This document shows, in pieces, positions 25,036-35,152 of a DNA stretch of 64,000 nt. The notes under the pieces are model-generated. The model was not told where the DNA came from. It did no database searches and saw nothing but the letters and a program-made list of their open reading frames with translations. The first letter of the stretch is position 1. The number at the start of each line of letters is the position of its first letter. The stretch is from a virus. A program made the translations under genes and the position numbers. The stretch lies in the IMG/VR virus record IMGVR_UViG_3300036770_001972, positions 1 to 64,000 of that record; one strand, given 5' to 3'.

Positions 25036-26133
25036 TTACCTTTTTGCAATACGGCGAAGCGTGTCGGTATAAGCCTTCATCGATTCGCTAAGGTTCTCGA
25101 CTTGACCGCCAACGGGGGTCTCATCGATGCTCTCTTCTGCGGTGGCAGCAACTTCTTCTGTCAGGACAGTCTTGTTGCTCTTGCCGCTGAAATAGGACTC
25201 CTTGATGATCTCCAACTTGTTGCGGACATCATCCTCTTCGCCCTCAAGCGTCACACCCTCTGCGAGTGTACGGAAACGCTCCTTCTGAGTGACCGTGAGA
25301 TCGGAAGCCATCTCGTCAAGGATCTGCTCCCGACGATAGGACTTGACCTCTTCAGCCAACTTGACATTCTTCATGATCTCCTCGTCAAGACGAGCCTTAA
25401 GTTCATCGGCTGTCTCTGCCATCTTGTCAGCAAGATCAACCTTTGCCTCAGGAACCATGATGTCATGCTCAACGAAGAGGTTGCGAAGACCACTCATGAA
25501 CTCCTCAGCGACCTCTGTGCGGATGCCCTTCTCAACGGAGAGACGGTTCTCCTCAAGCCACTCTTCGATGACATACGAGAGATACGAATCCAACTGCTCG
25601 GTGAGAGCCTTCTTGGACTCTTCGATCTCCTCAACAAGACGGTTGTTGTACTGCTCTTCCAACTCTGTCTTGATCTCTTCGACGCGCTCGTTGATAGCAG
25701 CCTCAAAGATAGTGGAAGCCTTGGTCTTGAAGTCTTCGGTTAGTTCCTCGCCGTCGAACATGGCGGTCATGTGGACATCCAAGTCCTCACGCATAGCCTT
25801 CTTCGACTTGACGCTAGCCATCAACTTAGCCTTGGCATCGCCGCCTGCGGCACCGACATCAACTGGGCCTGGGATTACTGCGCCCTTGCCTGTGCCATCC
25901 TTGTAGAGGCCTGCGAACTTGCCGCTGCCTGCACCTGTGGTGGAAGCATTGGCAACGCCGCCCTTGACCTCTTCCTCTTCTTCTTCCTCAGCCATGCCCT
26001 TCTTAGCAGAAACATTCTTCATCTGCTTGGTCTTGGCATCGGCGGTATCTGTAGCCTCGTCAAGCGAATCGGTCTCTTCGACCTCTTCCTCGTCAAGGAT
26101 GATTTCTTCGATTTCATCGTTCTCGTAATCCAT
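25036..26133 (-). CDS. gp22: prohead core scaffold protein
   Basis: FKTKASTIFEAA, DSYLSYVIEEWLEEN, KLEIIKESYF; between gp21 and gp23. Confidence 0.93.
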   Translation of the reverse strand: MDYENDEIEEIILDEEEVEETDSLDEATDTADAKTKQMKNVSAKKGMAEEEEEEEVKGGVANASTTGAGSGKFAGLYKDGTGKGAVIPGPVDVGAAGGDAKAKLMASVKSKKAMREDLDVHMTAMFDGEELTEDFKTKASTIFEAAINERVEEIKTELEEQYNNRLVEEIEESKKALTEQLDSYLSYVIEEWLEENRLSVEKGIRTEVAEEFMSGLRNLFVEHDIMVPEAKVDLADKMAETADELKARLDEEIMKNVKLAEEVKSYRREQILDEMASDLTVTQKERFRTLAEGVTLEGEEDDVRNKLEIIKESYFSGKSNKTVLTEEVAATAEESIDETPVGGQVENLSESMKAYTDTLRRIAKR

Positions 26134-26154
26134 GGGGTTCTCCTTGGTATTGGT

Positions 26155-26162
26155 TATTTATA
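26155..26162 (-). promoter_or_regulatory. T4 late promoter
   Basis: perfect TATAAATA. Confidence 0.75.
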
Positions 26163-26179
26163 TGGTTGAAACACTTGGC

Positions 26180-26824
26180 TCACAGTTTGTCGATGAAACG
26201 CTTGAAAGCCTTGACCATCTGTTCTTCCAACTTGCGGGAGGAAGCCTTGTTGATGGATTGCTTGATTTCATCGATTTCTTTGGCAACGAGAAGTCCGTTC
26301 TCGTAGATCCACTCCCGACCTTCCATCACTCCACGGACGAAAGCCTCAGGGGCTGAAGGATCTGCAACAATGTCAGCGGCTGTGGAAAGACGGAAATCAT
26401 CCTTCACATAGTTCGCACCATTCTTTTCTTCAAGAGAACCGACACCACGGGAGGAAACGCCCAACTTGGCACCCTCGTCCATCAGGTTCTTTACGATCTT
26501 TCCATATGGCGTATCCATGATTTTGGCTTTGCCATAGAAGTTCTTGCCATCGGGAGCCAACTCCACGATCATGTGGGAGACTCGCTCTAGGTTGATAGTC
26601 GGCCCTTCGGGGTGACCAAGTTCACCGAATCCTCTCTTTTGCTCCACGAATTCCTTGCGGTATTGCTCGACCTTATCCTTCAGCATCTTGAATTCATAGA
26701 CACGCCCGTTGCGGTTCTTGATATCACCCTGAAGGAAAGTGCCTTCGATGAAGTATGATTTCTGACCGTTCTTCTCTTCGGTCAGGATTTCGATGTTTTC
26801 GTTGACTTCGCAGATGAGTTTCAT
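26180..26824 (-). CDS. gp21: prohead protease
   Basis: NRNGRVY, GELGHP, LGVSSRGVGSL, DIVADPSAP. Confidence 0.97.
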   Translation of the reverse strand: MKLICEVNENIEILTEEKNGQKSYFIEGTFLQGDIKNRNGRVYEFKMLKDKVEQYRKEFVEQKRGFGELGHPEGPTINLERVSHMIVELAPDGKNFYGKAKIMDTPYGKIVKNLMDEGAKLGVSSRGVGSLEEKNGANYVKDDFRLSTAADIVADPSAPEAFVRGVMEGREWIYENGLLVAKEIDEIKQSINKASSRKLEEQMVKAFKRFIDKL

Positions 26825-26836
26825 CTGTATGCTCCT

Positions 26837-27289
26837 TTAGATCGTGAACTCAAGAATGATGGTTCCGTTTGCGGTAGTGAATTCGTTTCCACTATTATCT
26901 AGGCTTATTGTGATGGTGCCAGACTCCAGTTGTGTCTTCACGCCTGTCCTTCTATGGGAAAGCCTAGGTTCAAAGAAAAGTTCACTATCAATTCCTGTTG
27001 CAAACAGACAATCTCCTGCATTCTGCCCGTATGTCCCTGCCGTGTATGTGTTTCCCCAACGGGCAGTCCAATACCATCCCGCAACAGGAGAACCATTGGA
27101 TGTTGACATCACAGAGTGAAGTTTGGCCGTGCCGTCCGCTGTAAGACCGAAATTCTCAGGATCCAAGAATGCAGATCCTGTCAGCCCTATCGTGACACTT
27201 TCTGCTGTTGCTGTGGGGACTTCACTAGCGATGATCTTGGTGACATATCGCTTGTTTGTTCTGAGAATGTCCTGTTTAATCAGAGGCAT
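26837..27289 (-). CDS. putative virion protein, paralog A
   Basis: KRYVTK...GLTGSAF...GTIILEF. Confidence 0.7.
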   Translation of the reverse strand: MPLIKQDILRTNKRYVTKIIASEVPTATAESVTIGLTGSAFLDPENFGLTADGTAKLHSVMSTSNGSPVAGWYWTARWGNTYTAGTYGQNAGDCLFATGIDSELFFEPRLSHRRTGVKTQLESGTITISLDNSGNEFTTANGTIILEFTI

Positions 27290-27675
27290 CAGAGTACAAA
27301 TTCAAGAATGATCGTGCCTGTCACGGTTGTTGGCGTGATTGTCATAACTCCTGTTGGAGTCGTTGCATTATTCGGAATTGTGAATCTCTCAAAGACAAAA
27401 TCGATGTTTCCCGCAGCAGCAGAATCGAAAGCAGTAGCACCAGGCGTTCCAGCCCATGTCAAGGTGTAACGATTTCCGCAAGAAGACTTGATCGATGCCA
27501 ACTTAGCGGTGGTTGCGGTGATGCCGTCTGTCATTGCAATCACATCACCCGTCAATCCGTTGGCGAATGCAGATCCCGTGACTCCGAATGAAATCGCTGT
27601 GTTATGGGCATTCAACTGAAACTTCTTTACAAGTCTCTTCTGAGTTCCCACCAATGTTTGTTCTGTGTAAGCCAT
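27289..27675 (-). CDS. putative virion protein, paralog B
   Basis: KRLVKK...GVTGSAF...GTIILEF. Confidence 0.7.
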   Translation of the reverse strand: MAYTEQTLVGTQKRLVKKFQLNAHNTAISFGVTGSAFANGLTGDVIAMTDGITATTAKLASIKSSCGNRYTLTWAGTPGATAFDSAAAGNIDFVFERFTIPNNATTPTGVMTITPTTVTGTIILEFVL

Positions 27676-28109
27676 TAGTCGTTCTCCTCGTTTGCTTTTG
27701 CAAAGTTGACTGCGTTTGCATAGGTATCTTTGCTCTCGGTTGCGAGAACGAGGAATGCAGTCTGATTCTCTTCGCTCAACCTGTCATACATTGACGCAAT
27801 TGCCTCTGCATGACGAACTGTCACCTTTTGTGCGCTGTTGTCCATCAGTTGCACGGTAGTTTCCTTGCCGTTACTGATGCATTCTGTGATTGCAGCAAGA
27901 AGCCTGTTTGCCATGCCTCTACAATACACCTCTTCCATGTATTCGTTTGCAGACTGCTTCACGAACCGAAGAGCCTTTGGATCATCCGATGACACTATTG
28001 CGGTAGACTCCTTGATCTCCACCGCAGCCTTGTCGCCAAGAACGGAGAAAGCGGCTGCGAATTCCTCCGCAGCCTTATTGCTCTTGAACTTGACACTTAC
28101 CTTTGCCAT
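27675..28109 (-). CDS. hypothetical head-module protein
   Basis: translationally coupled; YDRLSEENQ motif. Confidence 0.7.
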   Translation of the reverse strand: MAKVSVKFKSNKAAEEFAAAFSVLGDKAAVEIKESTAIVSSDDPKALRFVKQSANEYMEEVYCRGMANRLLAAITECISNGKETTVQLMDNSAQKVTVRHAEAIASMYDRLSEENQTAFLVLATESKDTYANAVNFAKANEEND

Positions 28110-28582
28110 CAGCCCTTCCAGTTCGCTTTCACATAGTCGAAGAACTTCTTCTTCTTGTCATCGTCCATCTTTGCAGGAGACGATGCGCCGAACTTCTTGA
28201 GAGCCTTGTCGAAGAAAGCACGATATGCCTTCTGCTTGGGGCTGAGTTCTTCCTCAGCCATGGTGTACTTCTCGCCCTTCATGGCGACTGCACTTTCCAT
28301 TGACTCCTTGGGCGAACCCATGAGAGTCTTCTTCTTCTCGCGGAGAGACTTGTACTTCTCAACGATCTTCATCGCTTCGTGGAAGTTGATGTCTACTGGA
28401 GGAGGAATGACGGCACCCTTGCCACTACCATCATCGTAAAGACCGCCGAACTTGTTCTCCTGCATTGCGCGATTGCGCTGCTCACGCAACTTTCGTGCGC
28501 TCTCAAGACGCATTACTGTCTCGCGGTATGCACGGGTGCGACCGTCGATATCGACCTTCTCGTTAATGTTCTTGTCAGACAT
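28109..28582 (-). CDS. putative prohead core/internal protein
   Basis: charged; between gp20 and gp21; KKKFFDYVKANWKG terminus. Confidence 0.7.
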   Translation of the reverse strand: MSDKNINEKVDIDGRTRAYRETVMRLESARKLREQRNRAMQENKFGGLYDDGSGKGAVIPPPVDINFHEAMKIVEKYKSLREKKKTLMGSPKESMESAVAMKGEKYTMAEEELSPKQKAYRAFFDKALKKFGASSPAKMDDDKKKKFFDYVKANWKG

Positions 28583-28593
28583 GGGTTCCTCTC

Positions 28594-29301
28594 TTACTTT
28601 CCACCAAATGATGGCTTCTTGGCTTTCTTTGGATCAGCGGGCTTTCCTGTCTCAAGTTCTTTCTTCTTGAGATCAGCATCTGCGACTTCGTTTGGCTTAC
28701 CCGCATCGACGGGAGCAGCGACTTGCGATACACCCGCTGCCTTGTCCTTCTTGATCTGTGCGGTCATGTTTGCAGCAAGCGTTGGATCCTTCTTGACATC
28801 CTTCACCATGCCGTCAATGTAATTCTTGGTCGCGCTCATCGCCGCCTTCGGACCAGGGAAGAATTCCCAACGGCGACCATTGATGTAGACGCGAACTGGC
28901 TTGCCAAAACCAGTTCCAAGTTGCTTGATCAACACATCCTGACCCTTGTACTTCTGAGACGAGTGATAGAACTCCTTCTCAAAATTCGGGTCAAGGGAGA
29001 TATCGTCCTTGGCTGATCCCGCAGCGGTTGGAACGATCTTCAGATCTCCTGCTTTGATAGGCGTGGTCACGGGTGGGGCAGAGGGTGCGCCAGGTAGGTT
29101 TTCGGGAAGTGGTTGAGGTGCTTCCCCCTTTTCGCCCACACCCGTGACGATTTGTCCTGAGAGTGCCTTCTTCAGTTCTTCGATCTTGTCATGGATACGA
29201 GAGGCCAACTCCTTCTGAATGAGGCTCTTGAACTTCGGAGCCTCCTTCTTGATGAGGGTTTCGATGACCGACTTGAGGAGTTTGTCTGTATCGTTTTCCA
29301 T
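28594..29301 (-). CDS. putative prohead core protein (gp67-like position)
   Basis: directly after the portal; N-terminal helix like gp67. Confidence 0.6.
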   Translation of the reverse strand: MENDTDKLLKSVIETLIKKEAPKFKSLIQKELASRIHDKIEELKKALSGQIVTGVGEKGEAPQPLPENLPGAPSAPPVTTPIKAGDLKIVPTAAGSAKDDISLDPNFEKEFYHSSQKYKGQDVLIKQLGTGFGKPVRVYINGRRWEFFPGPKAAMSATKNYIDGMVKDVKKDPTLAANMTAQIKKDKAAGVSQVAAPVDAGKPNEVADADLKKKELETGKPADPKKAKKPSFGGK

Positions 29302-29310
29302 TCAGACCCC

Positions 29311-30813
29311 TTATACGAGACCGAACTGCGATGTATCGGGTTCGATCTTTCCTGCGTTGCGCTCTTTTTCGATTTCCTTATCCATCTGCTTGATTTCGGC
29401 TTCGTTGAAACCAAGCACATTCTTACGAATCCATTCGTGAGAATAATACTTACCTATGTATGGTTTGATATTGCCCAGTTCCTCCACCTGTTGGCGGCGC
29501 AACTCGGCGTTCTTGAGTTCCGTGAAGAGGTTGTCCTTGAGGAAGTCAAAGTAGATCGCTTCCTTCATCTCGTTCCACTCGTCGGCGGTGATCACTTTCT
29601 TTAGGATCAACTGCTTTCTGAGGATGTCGAAGAAGAACTCACAGAACTTGGTTCTGAGCCTGTGAATGTACTTTGTGAACCGTACCTCATCGCGTGTGAT
29701 TTCCGTGGAACGACCAAGCATGAATTGCTTGTCCTGCTCCAAGCGGCTTACGGGCACCGAAAGGGCACGGTACAGTTTCTTTTGGAAGTACACGACATCT
29801 GTCAGTTCTCCAAGATTCTGACCGCCCTGTAGGGTGGTGATTTCAGTACCACGGCTACCCTCGCGGCGAGGCAACCAATAGTCCTCAAGCATCGACATGA
29901 ACTTCTTGTCATCACGAATCTCTCCCGTAGCCGCGTCATAGACGAGACGGTTGCGATAGCGATTCATGAGATCCTTGACATACTGCTCTGCCTTCGTCTT
30001 GGGAAGGTTACCGACATCGATGTAGAAGATACGGCGTTCAGGGGCACGGCTGATGCGATAGATGACGATGGCATCTTCCAACATTCGAAGTTGGTTGAGG
30101 GGCTTGATCGCCTTGTGGAGGAATCCAACCGTTCTCTTGTAGCGGCTGTCCATGAGACCCGACGAGCAGAATGCAATTGCATCCTCGCTGATCTTGATGC
30201 CCGATGGATTTCCTCCTGCACGGGGATTGTCCTTGTTGTACAAGTAGAAATCCTTGTACCCCGTGATAATCTTCGTGCCGTTCTTCATCGTCTCCTTGGT
30301 GTATTCGCGGATCTTCTGAATGTTCATTGGATCCACATAACGCAGTTCAAGGATGCCCTTCTGCGGGTTCTCCTCATCGATGATTAAGTGAAAGAAGATC
30401 TTTCCATCGACATACCATCGGCGGAAGATCTCAGTTCCCTTGGTCTCAAACTGCATAACACGAAGGATGTTGCGGAACTCTTCGTGAATTCTCTCCTTGA
30501 CATTGTCGCTAGCCTTCAGTCGGTCTAGGACAATCTTCACGGGAGACTTCTTCTCACCCACCACGATTGCCTCATTCACCACATCGTCTACTGCTACTTC
30601 AACGATGGGATCCTGAGCCATTTCGCGGTACTTCATGGTCAGTTCGAAATCGTTGCGGACGGTGCCGTCAAGATCGACATATTGACCATAGAAACCACCC
30701 GCTTCAACAGGAATAGCCCCGTCATCGAATGTCGGAACGACAAACGACTTCAGGGCCTTTTCCTGCTTCTTCTCTTGCTTAGAACGCTCTAGGCGAAATC
30801 CGAAAAGTTCCAT
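29311..30813 (-). CDS. gp20: portal protein
   Basis: FRRWYVDG, IYRISRAPERRIFYIDVGNLPK, EDYWLPRREG. Confidence 0.98.
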   Translation of the reverse strand: MELFGFRLERSKQEKKQEKALKSFVVPTFDDGAIPVEAGGFYGQYVDLDGTVRNDFELTMKYREMAQDPIVEVAVDDVVNEAIVVGEKKSPVKIVLDRLKASDNVKERIHEEFRNILRVMQFETKGTEIFRRWYVDGKIFFHLIIDEENPQKGILELRYVDPMNIQKIREYTKETMKNGTKIITGYKDFYLYNKDNPRAGGNPSGIKISEDAIAFCSSGLMDSRYKRTVGFLHKAIKPLNQLRMLEDAIVIYRISRAPERRIFYIDVGNLPKTKAEQYVKDLMNRYRNRLVYDAATGEIRDDKKFMSMLEDYWLPRREGSRGTEITTLQGGQNLGELTDVVYFQKKLYRALSVPVSRLEQDKQFMLGRSTEITRDEVRFTKYIHRLRTKFCEFFFDILRKQLILKKVITADEWNEMKEAIYFDFLKDNLFTELKNAELRRQQVEELGNIKPYIGKYYSHEWIRKNVLGFNEAEIKQMDKEIEKERNAGKIEPDTSQFGLV

Positions 30814-30839
30814 TATGTAGATACCTCATGACCTTTCAA

Positions 30840-31466
30840 TTAGGTGGTTACGCCTTCGACTTCGAAGTACTGGTAAGCAATCGTGACATCGAATGTGGAA
30901 GGCTCAGACTGCGCTCCCATGTCCATCGTTGTTTCAGCGATGGTTGTGGGCCAGCATCCGACCATCTTGTAACGAGCGATGGGGTTGCCTTCACGGGTGA
31001 GTGGCGTAATCGTCCAATCGGTCATGAACTGATTCATGGAGTTCGCACCGACATTGGTGCGGTTCGTGTTCATGAGGTTCATCCAAGCCTCAAAAGACTT
31101 ACGCAATCCATAGGTGCCATCGTTGTAGCAGGAGATCGACCAATCTGCGAAAGTGCGGTCGCCTGGATACTTGAATGGTCTGCCCATGTAGAAGGCTTGG
31201 TTGGTGTTGAGCGTAGAAGATGGAATCTTGGAAGCCTTGCACAGGAACGAGACCTGTGCAGAGGGGCTACCGCCACCCGCTGCCGCAGCAACGGCATTGA
31301 TGGCTCCACCGACTGCTCCACCGAAGAGGGCACCCGCAACTGCGGCTGCACCCTGAATCGCCTGCGTGTTACCACCAGGGAAGTTGCCTTGGACTAGGAA
31401 CAGGTTGTTTCTAGCAAGACCGTTGATGAGGTTGGCGCGAAATGCGTCGATGCTGAACTGTGACAT
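30840..31466 (-). CDS. gp19: tail tube protein
   Basis: GLARNNLF, PGDRTFADW, FEAWMN, FDVTIAYQY. Confidence 0.92.
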   Translation of the reverse strand: MSQFSIDAFRANLINGLARNNLFLVQGNFPGGNTQAIQGAAAVAGALFGGAVGGAINAVAAAAGGGSPSAQVSFLCKASKIPSSTLNTNQAFYMGRPFKYPGDRTFADWSISCYNDGTYGLRKSFEAWMNLMNTNRTNVGANSMNQFMTDWTITPLTREGNPIARYKMVGCWPTTIAETTMDMGAQSEPSTFDVTIAYQYFEVEGVTT

Positions 31467-31483
31467 TTAGGACTCCTTATGGG

Positions 31484-31490
31484 TATTTAG
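31484..31490 (-). promoter_or_regulatory. T4-type late promoter (gp19)
   Basis: CTAAATA. Confidence 0.7.
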
Positions 31491-31511
31491 TGGGGTTTCC
31501 TGCATCACAAA

Positions 31512-33410
31512 TCAGGCACCGACCTCGCTGAAGTTCACGCCTGTACGGGTGGCGATGAAGTTCAACTGGATGAAGTTGATGCTGCGATTCGGCTTGATGT
31601 AGATATCAGCGACGAACCGATTGCTATCGATAACTTCAGGTGTGTTGTTCTTCTCGTCACATACGACCTTGAAGTCGATGAGACCACGCCGAGCCTGAAC
31701 ATCACGCATGAACGGCTCAATGAGAGAACGGAACTGCGCCCGTGTGAAGGCATCGTTGAACTCAAAGAGGCTGTACTTGGCAGCGGTGGAGATTGCCTTC
31801 TCAAGCACGATGAACAGACGGCGCACATTGATGCGGTCGAATGCAGATGGCTTGGAAAGAGCAGTCTTGTCGCCGTAAAGGACGGTGCCTTCACCCGAGA
31901 AGGTGGCAACTGGATTGATGCCATTCTTGTACAGGGTGTCGCGGGAAGCCTGACGGGGTTGGAAAGCCAACTTGATCACCCCACGAACCTGACCACGGTT
32001 GAACCCTGCGGGGCTGTACCAAGGATCGAAGGTTGCATCGGTACGAGCGCAGAGACCCGCGATGTCGCCGTTCAGCGGCACCCAACGGTTCTTGTCGTTG
32101 TAGATGTCGTACATGTACTTGTAACCGCTGTCGATCACGCAGTACGAGGACGAACCGATGTTGTTGCGGTACTGTAGCGAACGATCCAACTTGACCTGAT
32201 CGGTCTCGTTTGGATCCTTGTTGGGTACCGAGAAGAAAGCAACGCAATCCTTACGGGCATCGACAATGTCTTTGATCGAAGGAGCGACGAGATCTGCAAC
32301 TGCGGCAGTTGTATCGTTGCTGTTCGGAGTAAAGGTCTTGTCGGGGCCGCCGATGAGCAGATTGCAGTCAACAGTCTCTGCGTCTGCGAAGAGGCGATAT
32401 CCCTCAGGATCCGAATCCGAATCCTGACCGAAAGCGATCTTCATGTAATCGGTGAGATCGGCCGTCTTTCCATCCTTACCGCCCTTGAGTTGCCATACGC
32501 CTACTCCGAAGGTTCCGTTCGTAGCGGTGACACCCGAAGTTGCGGCAAGAGATGCGGTGGTGTAGTACTTGAGCGAATCGCCCGTTCCCCATGCACCCGT
32601 CGAACCTCTGAAAAGATCATTGAAGGATGTATTGGTTGCCTTATTGACGGCAGCAATGTACTTCGATGTACGGTTGATGCGGTCAACATAGTAGTTGCTC
32701 GTACCATCCGAAGAAACAACACCAGGGAGGAAGGACAATCCTTGGAACTTCTCAAGAATCGTGTTGCGAGTTCCCGAGAGAAGACCATTCTTGTCGATGA
32801 CGATCAAGTGGAACTCGTCGTTTGCGCCGCCCAAGTCAGAAACATAAGTCGTGCTATTTGGCTTGGCATCGAACTGGGTTCCGTATACCCAATCGCTGAA
32901 ATCATGTCCCGCAGCGGTATAGCCCGAAGCAGTAATGCCTGCACCTGTGACAGCGACAGTTGCGCCACCGCAGATCTGAACTTCTAGAGTGTTGCCGAGT
33001 GCGCCTGGATAACGAGCAACGAACGAGCCAATCTTGGTGACATCGGCAAACTCAAACTTATCGTCGTTTTCGATCATTGCGGCATCGGAATCCCAACCGC
33101 TGTCGCTAGTGGCACCTGTGTAGCCATATCCGTTCGCATTGACCATCTCGTCAATCTTGGCACGAACGACCTGAAGGTTGTTGCCGTATCCAAGGAAGTT
33201 GGCGGCAGGGAACCACCACTCAGCGACATTGTCATCGGGTGCGCCGAATAGTTGTACGAGGTTGTTCTCGCTGTCAACGAGGATGCGCTTGTTGCATGGG
33301 CCCCAATTGAATAGACCCACGATGCCTGCATTGGTTGTGGCAACAGCAGGGACGATTGTGGTCAAGTCCTTCTCTGTTACATTCACGCCTGGGGAAAGTT
33401 GGAATGCCAT
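31512..33410 (-). CDS. gp18: tail sheath protein
   Basis: LSPGVNVTEKD, WYSPAGFNRG, AFDRINVRRLF, KPNRSINFIQLNF. Confidence 0.98.
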   Translation of the reverse strand: MAFQLSPGVNVTEKDLTTIVPAVATTNAGIVGLFNWGPCNKRILVDSENNLVQLFGAPDDNVAEWWFPAANFLGYGNNLQVVRAKIDEMVNANGYGYTGATSDSGWDSDAAMIENDDKFEFADVTKIGSFVARYPGALGNTLEVQICGGATVAVTGAGITASGYTAAGHDFSDWVYGTQFDAKPNSTTYVSDLGGANDEFHLIVIDKNGLLSGTRNTILEKFQGLSFLPGVVSSDGTSNYYVDRINRTSKYIAAVNKATNTSFNDLFRGSTGAWGTGDSLKYYTTASLAATSGVTATNGTFGVGVWQLKGGKDGKTADLTDYMKIAFGQDSDSDPEGYRLFADAETVDCNLLIGGPDKTFTPNSNDTTAAVADLVAPSIKDIVDARKDCVAFFSVPNKDPNETDQVKLDRSLQYRNNIGSSSYCVIDSGYKYMYDIYNDKNRWVPLNGDIAGLCARTDATFDPWYSPAGFNRGQVRGVIKLAFQPRQASRDTLYKNGINPVATFSGEGTVLYGDKTALSKPSAFDRINVRRLFIVLEKAISTAAKYSLFEFNDAFTRAQFRSLIEPFMRDVQARRGLIDFKVVCDEKNNTPEVIDSNRFVADIYIKPNRSINFIQLNFIATRTGVNFSEVGA

Positions 33411-33444
33411 CTCAGTCTCCTTGGATTGGTTTGATAGACGGGGG

Positions 33445-33451
33445 TATTTAT
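33445..33451 (-). promoter_or_regulatory. T4-type late promoter (gp18)
   Basis: ATAAATA. Confidence 0.65.
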
Positions 33452-33475
33452 TCGTTTGACCATTTCACCCTAGCG

Positions 33476-35152
33476 TCACATGATTTCTTCTGCATCGTCC
33501 ATCCATGATCTATCCCGTCTTGATTGTTTAGGTTTCTGCGTAGATTCGCTAGCAAGCATCCTTGCCGCTTCGTCCATTTCATCGTCAACGCTATCCAAGA
33601 AGCCGAAAGGAGTCAGATCCTCCTCCAGTTTCTTGAGTTTTTCCTCAAATAGTCGTTTGCGGACATCTAGGTTGACCAAGTCCTTGAAGTACTCTTGGGT
33701 GGTCAGCCATCCAAACATGACCAAGCAAGCCATCAGATCGTCGTGGTAGCCGTCCGTAGCCTCGTAAGACCCCGCCTTGGCGATGTAAGTGCTGATCTCA
33801 GAAATGATATCGAAATCGTTTACTATCAATTTGTCGCCTTCGATCATCTCCTTGATCACCGAGCATCCCGCCTTCTTGACTTGGCTGCTCATCTTGATGC
33901 CGTTGTAGGTTCTGCCCCCACCGAAGCCTTCACCGACCTTCTGCCCCTTCTTGCCCTTGATGGAGATGGTGACGATATTCTCATACTCCAATTCATCCTT
34001 TAGAATGTCTGCAACTTGTTGCCCAGTATCGTTGATTTCCACCATCACATATGCATCGTTGTATTTCTCAGCAATCGTCTTAATGAGGTTGGGAAATACT
34101 GGGATTGGAATAGTATTGTTTCGATACTTGGCAACAACCTTGTACGGCATGGCGGTGACATCCAAGACCACCATGGCGTTGTAGTCCTGTCCGATGGCTC
34201 TACTGGAGTCAACCAAACCCGCATAGATGTGACCCTTCATGGGATGCTCGTAGATCGCCAAGCCATCCTCTGTCTCCATCAGGGGTGTTTGGAATGCCAA
34301 TGACGCAATCTTGGACGCTCTGATAAGTGTTTCCTGAGAACCAAGGAACTGACACTCGTATTCCGAGTACCATTGCCGCTCCGAGGTGTTCTTGATCGTC
34401 GTTTCCTTGAACTTGTCATCACGCCCTGGGACTTGCCACCAATGTGCCTCAACGGGCACGAATTCGGATTTGCCGTTCTTGGCGTTCTGCCACATCTTGT
34501 AGAACAGATTCAATCCATTGGGCGTGGAAACGATTACGGTCTTTGATGTCTTACCCGAAGTGATCGTTGGATATACGGATGTGAAGAACTCTTCTGCGAT
34601 CTGCTCAGGGACGAATGCAAACTCGTCAAGCATCAAGAAGTTGTATGACGAACCACGAACTGCACTTGATGATGTGGATGAGCAAACAACCTTGGATCCG
34701 TTCTCCAATGTAACGCTAGTCTTATTCCATTCGATGATGCCCTGCTGCAACCACTTCGGAAGGTTCTCATACGCGACCTTGAACCGATCCATGATTTCCG
34801 TGGCGGTCTTCAGTTTGTTTGCAAGAATAGCGGCTTTGTATGTCGGATTGAACAACACCATGTGCAGAATGCAAGCCACCAATGTTGCCGTCTTTCCGCT
34901 CTGACGGGGAATCTTGCAGATCGTGAATCGATTGTCGAATACCGAACGGGCGATGTCTTTCTGAAAGTCATACAACCTGAAGGGCATGAGACCTTCATCG
35001 ATAGTTACGACCTTGATGTATGTCTCAATGAAATAGATCGGGTCTTCGGAGCATTTGATGTACTCCTCCAACTGCTCTTTCGTGAATTCTTGCTTTACAT
35101 AAGCACCCTTGAGAAGTGGGTTGCCTAGGTATGTTTCATGATCATTGCTCAT
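33476..35152 (-). CDS. gp17: terminase large subunit
   Basis: YLGNP, PRQSGKT, LDEFAF, STPNG, HDDLMA. Confidence 0.98.
   Translation of the reverse strand: MSNDHETYLGNPLLKGAYVKQEFTKEQLEEYIKCSEDPIYFIETYIKVVTIDEGLMPFRLYDFQKDIARSVFDNRFTICKIPRQSGKTATLVACILHMVLFNPTYKAAILANKLKTATEIMDRFKVAYENLPKWLQQGIIEWNKTSVTLENGSKVVCSSTSSSAVRGSSYNFLMLDEFAFVPEQIAEEFFTSVYPTITSGKTSKTVIVSTPNGLNLFYKMWQNAKNGKSEFVPVEAHWWQVPGRDDKFKETTIKNTSERQWYSEYECQFLGSQETLIRASKIASLAFQTPLMETEDGLAIYEHPMKGHIYAGLVDSSRAIGQDYNAMVVLDVTAMPYKVVAKYRNNTIPIPVFPNLIKTIAEKYNDAYVMVEINDTGQQVADILKDELEYENIVTISIKGKKGQKVGEGFGGGRTYNGIKMSSQVKKAGCSVIKEMIEGDKLIVNDFDIISEISTYIAKAGSYEATDGYHDDLMACLVMFGWLTTQEYFKDLVNLDVRKRLFEEKLKKLEEDLTPFGFLDSVDDEMDEAARMLASESTQKPKQSRRDRSWMDDAEEIM

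Noticed and set aside
25102-26169. Several + strand ORFs over gp22
   Set aside because: Antisense shadows of a confidently assigned gene.
33476-35152. Intein or intron in terminase or other core genes
   Set aside because: Genes are continuous and of normal length, with no splicing motifs seen.
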